Shown in pieces: positions 37,925 through 49,263 of a DNA stretch of 64,000 bases. The translations under genes were made by a program, and so were the position numbers. The stretch's first letter is position 1; each line of letters opens with the position of its first letter. The notes below the pieces were generated by a model. It was not told where the DNA came from, ran no database searches, and worked only from the letters and a program-made list of their open reading frames with translations. Origin of the DNA: Felis catus (lineage: Eukaryota); the NCBI RefSeq assembly GCF_018350175.1, contig NC_058368.1, positions 101,620,001 to 101,684,000 on the forward strand, written 5' to 3'.

Positions 37925-39350
37925 ACTCTCTTTTGATTCCTGTTTGCATGGTATTGTTTTCTCCTCTTTTCCTGCCAACTTTTTTTGGGTCTTTGTTTAA
38001 AGTATGTTTTAGATAGTTGGGTCATATTTTTTAAAAATTCCATTCTACCAGTGTGTGCCCTTGTTATTTCTTTAACTATTTTTTTAACGTTGTTTTCTTA
38101 GTGTTTGCTCTGGGATTCAAATTAACGTCCTAACTCAAAACAATTTAGTTTGCATTGGTACCCGCTTAACTTTAACAGAACACAAAACTGTACTTTGGCA
38201 TAATTTTATTCTCTCCCCACTTTTTCTGCCATTGTGGCCAAACAAATGAAATCTTCACATGTTGTAAGCCAATCACCCTTTTTTATAGGTATTGCTTTAT
38301 AAAGCTGTCTTATAAATCAAGTAGGAGAAGAACATTGTTACAACAATGTATTTGTATTTCTTATAGTCTCTGATGTAATTACCTTTACCCATGTTCTCTA
38401 TTTGCTCATGTGGATTCAAGTTACTCTCCTGTGTTCTGTCATTAAACTAGAAGGAATCCCTTCAGTGTTTCTGATAGGACAGGTCTGTCAGGGATGAATT
38501 CTCTCAGTTTTTATTGATCTGGGAACGTTTTAATTTCTCTTTCAGTTTGGAAGGGTCACTTTTCTGGATTTTGAAGTCTTTTTCTTTCAACACATTGATT
38601 ATGTCAGTGGACTGTTTTGAGGTTTTTGATGAGAAATTTGTTGTTAATCTTATTGAGGATTGCTTGTATATCTTGGATCGTCTGTCTTTGGCTGCTATCA
38701 AGATTTTCTCTTTGTTTTTGTCTTTGACCGCTTTAATTGTGATGTATCTAGACGTATCTATCCTTGAGTTTTTCTTCTCCTTGGAATTCATTGAGCTTCT
38801 TGGGTGGTAGATTAATCTTTTTCATCAAATTTGGGATGTTTCCACCATCATTTCTTTCTTTCTCATTCTTTTTTTAAAGTAGGCTTCATGCCCAGCACAG
38901 AGCCCAAGGTGGGGCTCGAACTCGTGACCTTGAGATCATGTTTTGAGTTGAGACCAAGAGCCGGATGCTTAACCAACCAACTGAGCCATCCAGGCGCCCG
39001 GACCATCGTTTCTTTGTATATTCTTTCTGCCCCCTTCTCTCTTTCCTTTCCATCTGAGACTCCCATCAGGCATATGTTAGTATGCCTGGTGCCTTCCCTC
39101 TTTGAAACTCAATTCATTTTTCTTCATTCTTTTTATTTCCTGTTCCTCAGACTGGATAAGGTTTGCTGGTTCTGTCTTCCGCCGCCTGAAATGGGCTGCT
39201 GACCACCTCCCTTGCATTTTTCATTTCAGTTATTGCGCTTTCCCACTCCAGAATTTCTATTGGATACTTTTTTTTTTTATCATGCCTTATTCTTTACCGA
39301 TATCTACTTTTTTTTCTGTGAGACATTGTTGTCCTTCTCTCCTTTAATTC
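37925..39350 (-). mobile_element. Old L1 fragment with ORF1 remnant (short SINE at 38868-38999 inside)
   Basis: ORF 38504-38791 reads TSRYITIKAVKDKNKEKILIAAKD...IRLTTNFSSKT...DIINVLKEK, matching L1 ORF1p motifs. Confidence 0.9.
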
Positions 39351-39364
39351 CTTTTTGTCTGTGT

Positions 39365-39835
39365 CACACACAGACTTAATTTTTGGAACAGTTTCAGTCG
39401 CACAGCAACACTGAGCAGTAAGTACAGAGTGTCCATATATTGCCCACTTCTCCCAACAAACAACCTTCTCTACCCCCAACATCCTGCACCAGAGTGCAGA
39501 CTCCGTGAACCAACACAGGCACATTATTACCACCCAGTGGCCACACTTCACGTTAGGTTTCACTCTTCGTGTTGTATATTCATAGGGTTTTGACCGATTC
39601 ATATTTTGACATGTATTCCACCGTTACAGGATCGATACATAGTTTCCCTGCCCTGAAACTCCTGTCTTCGATGTTTTCATCCCTCTCCCGATCCTTGACC
39701 TATTTCCACAGTTTTACCTTTCCCAGAATGTCACATGCATTTCAGATTCATCCACGTTTTTTCTTATTTTTTAATCCTTTTTTAAATGTTTACTTATTTA
39801 TTTTGAGAGAAAGGGAGTGTGAGTGGGGGAGGGGC

Positions 39836-39887
<52 letters not shown>

Positions 39888-40660
39888 TCCCAAGCAGGCT
39901 CTGCTGTCAGTCCTGAGACTGATACGGGGCTTGAACTCATGAACTGAGAGATTATGACCTGAGCTGAAACCAACAGTCAGCGCTTAACTGACTGAGCCAC
40001 CCAGGAGCCCTGGTTCCTTCATGTTTTTAATGCCTCGGTAGCCCATTTCTTTTTAGTGCTGAATGATATTCCTTTTTCTGCAGGTACCACGGTTTATTTA
40101 TTCATGTCCCTTATTGAGGGACATCTTTAGTTGCTCCCAACTTTTAGGAATTATGACGAAGGTTGCTCTGAGCATATATATTTTTTAAAAAAGCAGGTTT
40201 TCGTGTAGACAAAAGTTTTCAACTCATGTGGGTTAATACCAAGGAGGGTGACTGTGGGATCATATCGTAAGAGTATGCTGCATTCATTTATTAACGTCCA
40301 AGCTGTTTTTCCTAAAGTGGCTGTACCCTTTTGCTTTCCCACCAACAGATGAATAAGTTGCTGTTGCTTCCACGTTCTTGCCAGCGTCGGGTATTATTAG
40401 GGTGTTGGATTTCTACCATTCTATTAAGCGTCCAGTGGTCGCTTCTGACTGTTTTGATTTGCATTTCCCTGATGACCTGTGATGTGGAGCATCTTTTCAT
40501 ATGTTTATAGCAGTGCTCATTTTTCATTTTGGTTGTTCCTTTTCTTATTGTCGAGTTTTAAATGTTCCTCGTCTATATTTTGGATAACAGTCTTTTATGA
40601 GCTATGTGTCTTGCAAGTATTTTTCTCCCAGATGATGGTTTGTCTTCTCATTCTCTTGAT
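39365..40660 (-). mobile_element. L1MC/MB-like 3' end (ORF2 C-terminus plus 3'UTR), SINE at 39760-40010 inside
   Basis: ORF 40312-40527 reads KHMKRCSTSQVIREMQIKT; 3'UTR CGTTAGGTTTCACTCTT.GTGTTGTA. Confidence 0.9.
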
Positions 40661-40669
40661 CCTTGAATT

Positions 40670-41114
40670 CTTTTTTTTTCTTCAATTTTAAAAAAATGTT
40701 TATTTATTTTTGAGAGACAGCATGAGTGAGGTAGGGGCAGACAGGGAGGGAGACACAGAATCCGAAGCAGGCTCCGGGCTCCGAGCTGGCAACACAGAGC
40801 CCCACACAGGGCTCAAACCCACGAACTGTGAGATCATGACCTGAGCCCAAGTCAGATGCTCAACCGATTGAGTCACCCAGGTGCCCCTGGCGTTTACTTT
40901 AAAAATTTTTTTAATGTTTATTCATTTTTGAGAGACAGAGAGAGACAGAGCATGAGCGGGGAAGGGGCAGAGAAAGGGAGACACAGAATCTGAAGCAGGC
41001 TCCAGGCTCTGAGCTGTCAGCACAGAATCCGACGTGGGGCTTCAACTCGTGAACCGTGAGATCATGACCTGAGCGGAAGTCAGACACTTAACCAAGTGAG
41101 TCACCCAGGGACCC
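40670..41114 (-). mobile_element. Two tandem Can-SINEs (40670-40888 and 40895-41114)
   Basis: Two SINE bodies. Confidence 0.95.
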
Positions 41115-41371
41115 TATCCTTTAATTCTTTATAGATGGTTTTCTTTATTTCTTTGAATATATTTATACTAGCTAATGTATAAGTTTTATTGAGTAAGTCT
41201 AATTTGGGGGGCCCCTTCAGATCATTTTCTGATGACTGTTATTTTGCCCTGTGTATTGGCTATAGTTTTCTGTTTCTTTGCACAGGGAAAGGGGATGGGA
41301 ATAGGTCAAGCCACAGTTGCTGAGAATTTTAAGAACTAAATATAAAGAAGCAATATTTTAAGAATATCTTA

Positions 41372-41585
41372 GGGGCGCCTGGGTGGCGCAGTCGGTTAAG
41401 CGTCCGACTTCAGCCAGGTCACGATCTCGCGGTCCGTGAGTTCGAGCCCCGCGTCGGGCTCTGGGCTGATGGCTCAGAGCCTGGAGCCTGTTTCCGATTC
41501 TGTGTCTCCCTCTCTCTCTGCCCCTCCCCCGTTCATGCTCTGTCTCTCTCTGTCCCAAAAATAAATAAACGTTGAAAAAAAAAAA
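41372..41585 (+). mobile_element. Young felid SINEC_Fc-type SINE
   Basis: Consensus-like with CpGs intact; TSD AAGAATATCTTA at 41360-41371 and 41586-41597. Confidence 0.97.
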
Positions 41586-41664
41586 AAGAATATCTTAAGA
41601 ATTAAATATACTATGTATTCATTTCTTCTCGAAGTTGACAGTCTACTGAGTTGTGTTGCATTCC

Positions 41665-42002
41665 TCTTATTTGTTTTTCCTTACTATTTACTATATACAT
41701 ATTGTATATACTATATATACATTGTATATATATATACAATATGTATATACTATATATACATTATATATTTGTTTCTTATTTGTTTTTCCTTACTATTTAC
41801 TATATACATATTGTATATACTATATATACATTGTATATATATATATATATACAATATGTATATACTATATATACAATGTATATATGTATATACTACATGT
41901 ATATATGTATATACTATATACTATGTATATATATGTATATACTATACTACTATTTACTATATATATATACATATATATATACACATATATACATATATAT
42001 AT
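41665..42002. repeat. TA-rich low-complexity tract with a duplicated ~108-bp unit
   Basis: TCTTATTTGTTTTTCCTTACTATTTACTATATACATATTGTATATAC occurs twice (~41665 and ~41773). Confidence 0.92.
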
Positions 42003-42444
42003 CTTAAAAATATATTATTTAGTTTTGCTTCTTTTTATGAAAACAGTTTTATAGTGAAGCTACTTTTTTATGAAATGCATTCCCCCTCCTCAACTTTGCT
42101 TCTAAGATTCACTGATGTTGGCAAATATAGAAAATATAGCCATACATCTGTCATTTTCGTGGTTCTAACATATTTCATCGTAAGGACGTTTATCACACAT
42201 TGTATAAAATCACTTACCTCAAGTTGGCTCAGACTCTTCAAGTTACTGGATTCTTACTGTCTTTCTGTCTAGTTCTGTCAATTATTATATTAAAATCTGC
42301 AGCTATAAGTGATGAAATCAATAAGTATGAAGAATAAGGGAAATGATCCAACTAAAGGAAAACAAAAATTCTTGATAAGTAAATAAAAAATTTTTTTTAC
42401 AAATTTTCTCATAAGCGTGAAAAAAGTTTTAAATATCAAATTAA

Positions 42445-42653
42445 GGGGTGCCTGGGTGGCTCAGTAGATTAAGTGTCCGACTTCGGCTCAGGTCATGATC
42501 TCGCGGTCTGTGAGTTCAAGCCCCGCGTCAGGCTCTGTGCTGACAGCTCAGAGCCTGGAGCCTGATTCAGATTCTGTGTCTCCCTCTCTCTCTCTCCTCC
42601 CCCGCTTATGCTCTGTCTCTCTCTTCTCAAAAACAAATAAACGTTATAAAAAT
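42445..42653 (+). mobile_element. Can-SINE
   Basis: TSD TAAATATCAAATTAA. Confidence 0.96.
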
Positions 42654-42699
42654 TAAATATCAAATTAAAAATGCTCACTGTGGTCTTCACCAAATGAAA

Positions 42700-43020
42700 T
42701 GAAAGTAGAAACACATCAAGATTTATTATGGCAAAATTTTGAATTCTTGTGATATAAGAAAATCTCTTGCAAGCTTCCAGGCAGGAAAAAAGTTAGTGCT
42801 GCATTTCAAAGGGCTCAAATAAGGTGAGTCTTAATATTTCCTGCAAGGCAGGACCCTGGAAGATAATAGGGCATTTACTAAAGAGATATTTGTGAGAAAC
42901 ATCTGTCTTCAAGTATATTGTTGCTAACTGTGAAAACGTTATTCACATGTATAAATGATAGACATGCATTCTCAAATATGCAAAGACGCAGAAAACACAC
43001 TACTTGAGTATCACTGAAAA
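42700..43020 (+). mobile_element. L1/HAL1 ORF1-like remnant
   Basis: ACACATCAAGA...GGCAAAATTTTGAA...AAGAAAATCT...AAGCTTCCAGGCAGGAAAA. Confidence 0.55.
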
Positions 43021-43049
43021 ATGTACTTGAGCTCCTTGGTGATGAAAAG

Positions 43050-43188
43050 TGATGCATCAGATCCACTTGGGAGCTAGTTAGTGATGCAGAATATCAAGCC
43101 CCTCCCAAGACCTACCAAAATTAGAATCTGCATTTTAACAAGATCCCTAGGTGATTCGTACGTACATTAAAGTTTGGAAGGCACAGCT
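43050..43188. mobile_element. MER5-family hAT element
   Basis: AGAATCTGCATTTTAACAAGATCCCTAGGTGATTCGTACGTACATTAAAGTTTG. Confidence 0.88.
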
Positions 43189-43955
43189 CCTAATGATCAA
43201 AAGTCAAAAAGAAGAAGTAAAAATGGAGGAGGTCTGAGTAGAAAAAGACTGTATGATTCATTTATACAAGTTAAATATATAGAACTATCTAGATAATCCT
43301 TGAGCATTAAAAATCATCCTTGAAAGATACTCTGTATAACAGAAAAATGTAGTCAAACAGTAATTTGTGTTTAAACTCCTAGGTTATATTGGCCGAGATC
43401 AGCACAACGTGGAAAATAAGATTGGGCTGAATTCCTCACCTTTGTAAGAGTGGGATCGTTTGTCAAAGGAAGCAACGTGGAAATGCCTAAGACAAGATGA
43501 CACAGGTACCTATCAGCTATAGAAATTAAAGTGAATAGATTAAACCATCGGACACAAACACTTTAAGGTCGTGGTAAGAGCATCCCTGGGAGGAAGAAGA
43601 TGGCCGAGCACTGACGTACTCTTACTACTTTGTGATTTCTCTTCGATGGCCTGGCAAAAATGATCTCCATGTTTATTTTCTCAGGCCAAGATCATACTAT
43701 GTTTCTTTTCTTTCTTGTCGAATTGCCACAATGGTAGGAATTAAAAGGGTACCGGGAGACAGAATGCTCCGTGAAACTTGTATTCCCTGTTAATTGCAAG
43801 GTCGGGCATTACTGGACTTTACTTGTCTGCTCCCAGGCTCTTCCTACAAGTGGGCTTCTCTGTAGGTCCAAATGGTCCTTGGGCTGACTGGACACGAGCC
43901 AACATGTCAACGTGGGGAGTGGGGAGTAGAAAGTAGGAAGAGGATGGCCCAATTC

Positions 43956-44017
43956 TTTTAATTTGTTTTATTTTATTTTTATTTTGTATTTATCTTTTTA
44001 CATGTGTATTTATTTTG

Positions 44018-44066
<49 letters not shown>

Positions 44067-44453
44067 ACAAGTGGGGGAGGGCAAGGAGCAGAGAGAGAGG
44101 GAGACACAGAATCCAAAGCAGGCTCCGGGCTCTGAGCTGTCAGCACAGAGCCCGATGGGGGGCTCGAACTCACAAACCGCGAGATCATGACCTGAGCCGA
44201 AGTCAGAAGCTTAAGCTACTGATCCACCCAGGCGCCCCTAATTTGTTTTGTTTTCTTATTTTTTTCAAGGTTACTTGTATTTATTTTGACAGATAGAGAG
44301 TGAGTGGGGGAGGGGCAGATAGAGAGACAGAATCGCAAGCAGGCTCCCTGCTGTCAGTGCAGAGCCAGATGTGGGGCTCAAACCCACGAACCGTGAGATC
44401 ATGACCTGAGTCGAAGTCAACAGATGTTTCACCAATTGAGACACCCAGGCACT
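43956..44453 (-). mobile_element. Two tandem Can-SINEs (43956-44238 and 44258-44453)
   Basis: Two SINE bodies. Confidence 0.95.
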
Positions 44454-44705
44454 CTTAATTTGTTTTATTATCAAAGAGATGGCGAGAATGCACGGTCTCA
44501 AGTTCTCTTTCCCTTATTTCAGGTACAGGGGAACAATTTCACCCAACTGTATTTTATTTTCCCTCTTCTTCAAATATCAATAATGTTAGTAGGAAATATT
44601 TCACATTTGTAGACAAGGACAGAGGCTACCTTTGGGAGCATGAACACGTCTACTAAACAGATTTATTAAATCTGAAGATTTGTGTGATATTCGCTTGAGA
44701 TATAT

Positions 44706-44931
44706 TTTTTTTTAAATTTTTTTTTTCAACGTTTATTTATTTTTGGGACAGAGAGAGAGACAGAGCATGAACGGGGGAGGGGCAGAGAGAGAGGGAGACA
44801 CAGAATCGGAAACAGGCTCCAGGCTCCGAGCCATCAGCCCAGAGCCTGACGCGGGGCTCGAACTCACGGACCGCGAGATCGTGACCTGGCTGAAGTCGGA
44901 CGCTTAACCGACTGCGCCACCCAGGAGCCCC
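44706..44931 (-). mobile_element. Young felid SINEC_Fc-type SINE
   Basis: Near-consensus; TSD-like GAGATAT...TTTT. Confidence 0.97.
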
Positions 44932-45087
44932 GAGATATTTTTAAAGACACAAAACATTACAGTTAGAATTGAGGACAGCACTACACTCCCCCCTAACCTT
45001 ATTCCCCAGTCCCCATGCCCAAGAATTTAATGTCTTTCATGTTAACGGTTTTTAGAAATACTAGTATACAAATCTAAACCTCTATAA

Positions 45088-45301
45088 TTTTTTTTAATGT
45101 TTCTTTTTATTTTTGAGAGAGACAGAGACAGAGCGCGAGCAGGGGGAGGGGCAGAGAGAGAAGGAGACAAAGAATCTGAAGCGGGTTCCAGGCTCTGAGC
45201 TGTCAGCACAGAGTCCAGCGCGGGGCTCAAACTCATGAACTGAGAGATCATAACCTGAGCCGAAGTCAAACGGTCAACCAACTGAGCCACCCAGGCGCCC
45301 C
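45088..45301 (-). mobile_element. Can-SINE
   Basis: TSD AATCTAAACCTCTATAA. Confidence 0.96.
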
Positions 45302-45748
45302 TAATCTAAACCTCTATAAATATTTAGCCCTTTTTCTTGTAGAATTTGAAAGGATATGTTATCATTACTCTTCGTTTCCTCCTGCAACTCATTTTTTTTT
45401 TTAACTATCGTGTTTCTCAAGGCTCTCTGTGTCATTTAAAGGTGACCCAAGTTTATTCATTTTAACGGTGGCAGTTTTCCATTGCTGAATGTGCTATAAT
45501 CTCTGAAATGTCCTGCTCATGGGATGTTCACTTCGCTCCCCAGCATTTGCTCTTGACACGCAGTGTGCAAGGAACTTTCACAGCCAGCTCTCCTCGAGCA
45601 CCCACGCCAGCTCTTTGCTAGATGTTGCCCACTTGCTCGGCACGTGTCGGTGCTATCTCCTCTCTCCTCAGAAGGGAAGGTGAGGTCCTGCTGCTCCACA
45701 GGTTCATCAACACTTGGTATCCTCAGAAGTTAAAATGTTTGCCAACAC

Positions 45749-45905
45749 GGGGCGCCTGGGTGGCTCAGTCTGTTACGTGTCTTTTGGCTCAGGTCATGAT
45801 CTCATGGTGCATGACATCGAGCCCCATGTCGGGCTCTGCCTGTCTGGTGTGGAGCCTGCCTGGGATTCTCTGTCTCCCTCTGTCTCTCTGTCTCTTCTTC
45901 TTCTC

Positions 45906-45953
<48 letters not shown>

Positions 45954-46000
45954 ATAAATAAACTTTAAAATGAAATGAAGTGAAATAATAAAATAAAAAT
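45749..46000 (+). mobile_element. Can-SINE
   Basis: TSD TAAAATGTTTGCCAAC. Confidence 0.96.
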
Positions 46001-46043
46001 AAAATGTTTGCCAACTTAATGGGTGTGAAATTACATCTTGCTG

Positions 46044-46257
46044 CTTTTTTTTTTTAAAGTTTATTTATTTTTGAGAGAGAGAGAGACAGAGTGCAAGCAA
46101 GGGAGGGACAGAGAGAGAGGGAGACGCAGAATCTGAAGCAGGGTCCAGGCTCTGAGCTGTCGGCACAGAGCCCGCCGCGGAGCTCAAACCCAGGAAGTAT
46201 GAGACCATGACCTGAGCCAAAGTCAGAACCTTAACCAACTGAGCCAGCCCGGCACCC
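46044..46257 (-). mobile_element. Can-SINE
   Basis: TSD CTTGCTGCTTT. Confidence 0.95.
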
Positions 46258-46540
46258 TTCCTTGCTGCTTTATTTGGTGTTGTCCCTGTAACTTTAGGGG
46301 CTGATGACTTTTTCATAAGTTTATTGGCTCCCCAGATTTTTTCTTTCATGAATTACTGCACATGTTACTTTCCCATTTTAAAAATCAGGCTTTTAATCTT
46401 TGTTTCCCATTAATGTGTAGGAAATGCTATATGCACTCTGGATACAAATTCTTTCCTGATTATGTACCTTCTTCCAACCTGTAGCTCGATTTTTGTTGCT
46501 GTGCTTTTTGTTTTTCTTTTTGTTTTTGCTTTTTTTTTTC

Positions 46541-46750
46541 AGAGGCTTTGATTTATTATATAATCACAAAGAACAACATGGATTTTGCTTTGTCTTCTAG
46601 GTCAGTATTTTTTCCTACTTTGCAGAAGCTTTGATTTATTATATAGTCACACAGAACAACATGGATTTTGCTTTGTCTTCTAGCTCAGTATTTTTTTCCT
46701 ATTTGTCTTATAGTTCAGTATTTTTTTCCTACTTTTTTCCTACTTTCCTA
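46541..46750. repeat. 83-bp tandem duplication with decaying sub-repeats
   Basis: AGARGCTTTGATTTATTATATA.TCACA.AGAACAACATGGATTTTGCTTTGTCTTCTAG starts at 46541 and 46624. Confidence 0.92.
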
Positions 46751-47079
46751 CTAGAGTATCTTTTACATTTTAGTCTGAAAATTTCTGTTATTGTTTTTAT
46801 GTCCAGTATAAGGTAGGGATCTCATTTTATTCCAGATGGATAGCACTATTTATTGATGGGTTCATCATTTCTTTGTAATGCCACTTTGGTCCTAAACCCA
46901 GAGTTGTTTTTCTAGAATGTGATGGCAGAGATCTTGGTCTGTTTGGTTTTCTGATATATCCCAAATATCTGGAATAATGCCTGATACATAGTAGCTATTT
47001 AAATTTATTGATGAATGAATCAAAGTATAAATGGTATTTCCAGTGTAGACTGTAAGTAAAGCATGATTTCTTTCTTTCT

Positions 47080-47246
47080 TTTTTTTTTAATGTTTTTTTG
47101 TTTATTTTGAGAGAGAGAGTGAACAGGGCAAGGGAAGAGAGAGACAGAGATAGAGAATCTCGTGTGGGGCTCAAACTCATGAAGACCATGACCTGAGCCG
47201 AAATCAAGAGTCGGATGCTTAACTGACTGAGCCATCTAGGTGCCCC
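47080..47246 (-). mobile_element. Can-SINE, internally deleted
   Basis: GAGAATCTC joined to GTGTGGGGCTCAAAC; TSD-like AGTAA(A)GCATGATTTCT. Confidence 0.92.
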
Positions 47247-49058
47247 AGTAAGCATGATTTCTAAGCAAGAGGAGTTTAAGTTTAAATCAGGTGGTTTAGG
47301 GGTGTTCACTGTTGTGTTTTTTCTGAAAGACAGTTCATGTCTCTGAAGGTTCATGGATACCTTATAATGCTTCATATGAGAACAAAACTCACACAAACCC
47401 CATCTTTTCTTGTGAAAAAGAGAAATAGTTTCACTACAATAATGGATGCCACAGGACCCATTACTATGGCCTTTACAAATAGATTGTGGTGATAACATTC
47501 AGATCTGATGGGAGAGGATGCATGGTAAAATTTGATTGGTTGGGCATGCCACATGACTTTTATCCCTACTCCCTATTTCCTTTTTTAGGGACCATAACTG
47601 AGTATATTATTACAGTAGTGGTCTTGGAGGAGGGTTATTGGCAGATCATGAGTGTGCTCCATGACAAAAGTCATAATCTTACAAGGAATCGCCATAGATG
47701 TGTTCCTTCAGGACTTTATTCATATCTAAAGTTGGAGGTTTTTTGAGCTTATACTCTATTGCCCATAATTTGATGGAGGCTTCCTTGGTTGATATAAAAT
47801 GCAGGGAGAAATAAAAAAACAGTGATCGGTTCATGTAATTCAGTTCATTGAGGAAAATCAGAGAGGTTTGTCATAAATAACTTAGATGAAAACTTTAGTT
47901 GGAAAGAGTTGCTTTAATAAACCATTTCTACCCAGTGAGATCACCGCCATGATGTGTGAGAAATTAGCACCACAAGGAGCTGGAGTCTAATCTCTGTGGC
48001 ATCATAGTCTAAATGGCATTTGGGGTTGGCCATTGGAATCTCTCCACTTCCCCTGGGTGCACATAGACACACATCCCTTCATGTACTTTGTGGCACGAAA
48101 GAAGGCACCTCACTGTGCTGTGGCCAAACCCGATGATACACCTGTTTCAGCGGCCCGGTGGCAAAGGGTGGGTTGGGAATGCAGAGCCCTGGGCTCCTGT
48201 CCTGTTCCCAGGCACTCTGGTCATGTTACTATGGCCACAGAGTTTAGGTCAACGGTGAGATATTTGTTCATTCACTGCTGCAAATGACATCATTTGATCC
48301 CCTTATCACTTGCCTCAGGCAGAATCTCCCTCTCCCTTGTGATGGGAGAAGTATGAGTTCCTCTGTGCTTGAGCCTTGCTTAAACCTGCATACCCCTCCA
48401 GCGTCCTCTGGGATCAGAGTCAGGTTTCCTTCCTGTCTCCATCCCTATCTACACAGATGGTCCCCTTGCAATACTCTTCTTATGGGTTTTGCAAAAGCTT
48501 GTGTTTTTATCTCCTCCCTGTTAGTAAACTGAGAGGTCTTTGAGAGTAAGGAGTTGGAGTCATTCACATTTGTACCCATGGGCTAGGGCAGTGTCTGGAA
48601 CGCAAATGGAACAGAGTATGTGAAGTGAAATAAAGTAGAAACTCCCTTCAGTCCACTGAATCTTTCCTTTGGGCTCTACTAACTTTCTTGTGACCCAGAT
48701 CAGCATTCAATGATTAACCAGCTTCCTTTCCCTTTGCTTTGTACCTATCGGTTTTCATTTTTGCTTCTTTCTATGTGCTTCAAATTTTTAAATGCTTGCA
48801 GAAATTGGCAGAGTAGGTGTATATGTCACATTTAAAGAGTAACAATTTCTTTAAGGTTCCTTCTTCTTATAGCCTGGTCTGAGTCATTGGTCAAGAGTAT
48901 TAGGACCAGTGATAACATTAACACAGGTGTTAAATTCCAAGTGACAATGTCAGAAGACATGGTGAAAATTTCAAGTATCCCGATATATCAGAACTTGTAT
49001 ATCAGAGGTAAAACCCATATGAACAACTTGAATTTTCATATCCAGCTCTTTAAAAAAA

Positions 49059-49263
49059 TTTTTTTTAAGTTTATTCATTTCGAGAGAGACAGAGAGAGTG
49101 AGTGGGGGAGGGGCAGAGAGCGAGGGTAAGAGAGAATCCCCAGCAGGCTCCACATTGTCAGCGCAGAGCCCAATGTGGGGCTTGAACTCACAAACCATGA
49201 GATCATGACCTGAGCTGAAACCAAGTGTCAGACGCTTAACCAACTGAGCCACCCAGCCGCCCC
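49059..49263 (-). mobile_element. Can-SINE
   Basis: SINE body; TSD TCCAGCTC. Confidence 0.95.

Noticed and set aside
41613..42272. Longest ORF in the window (219 aa, Y/I-rich)
   Set aside because: Translation of the TA-rich low-complexity tract
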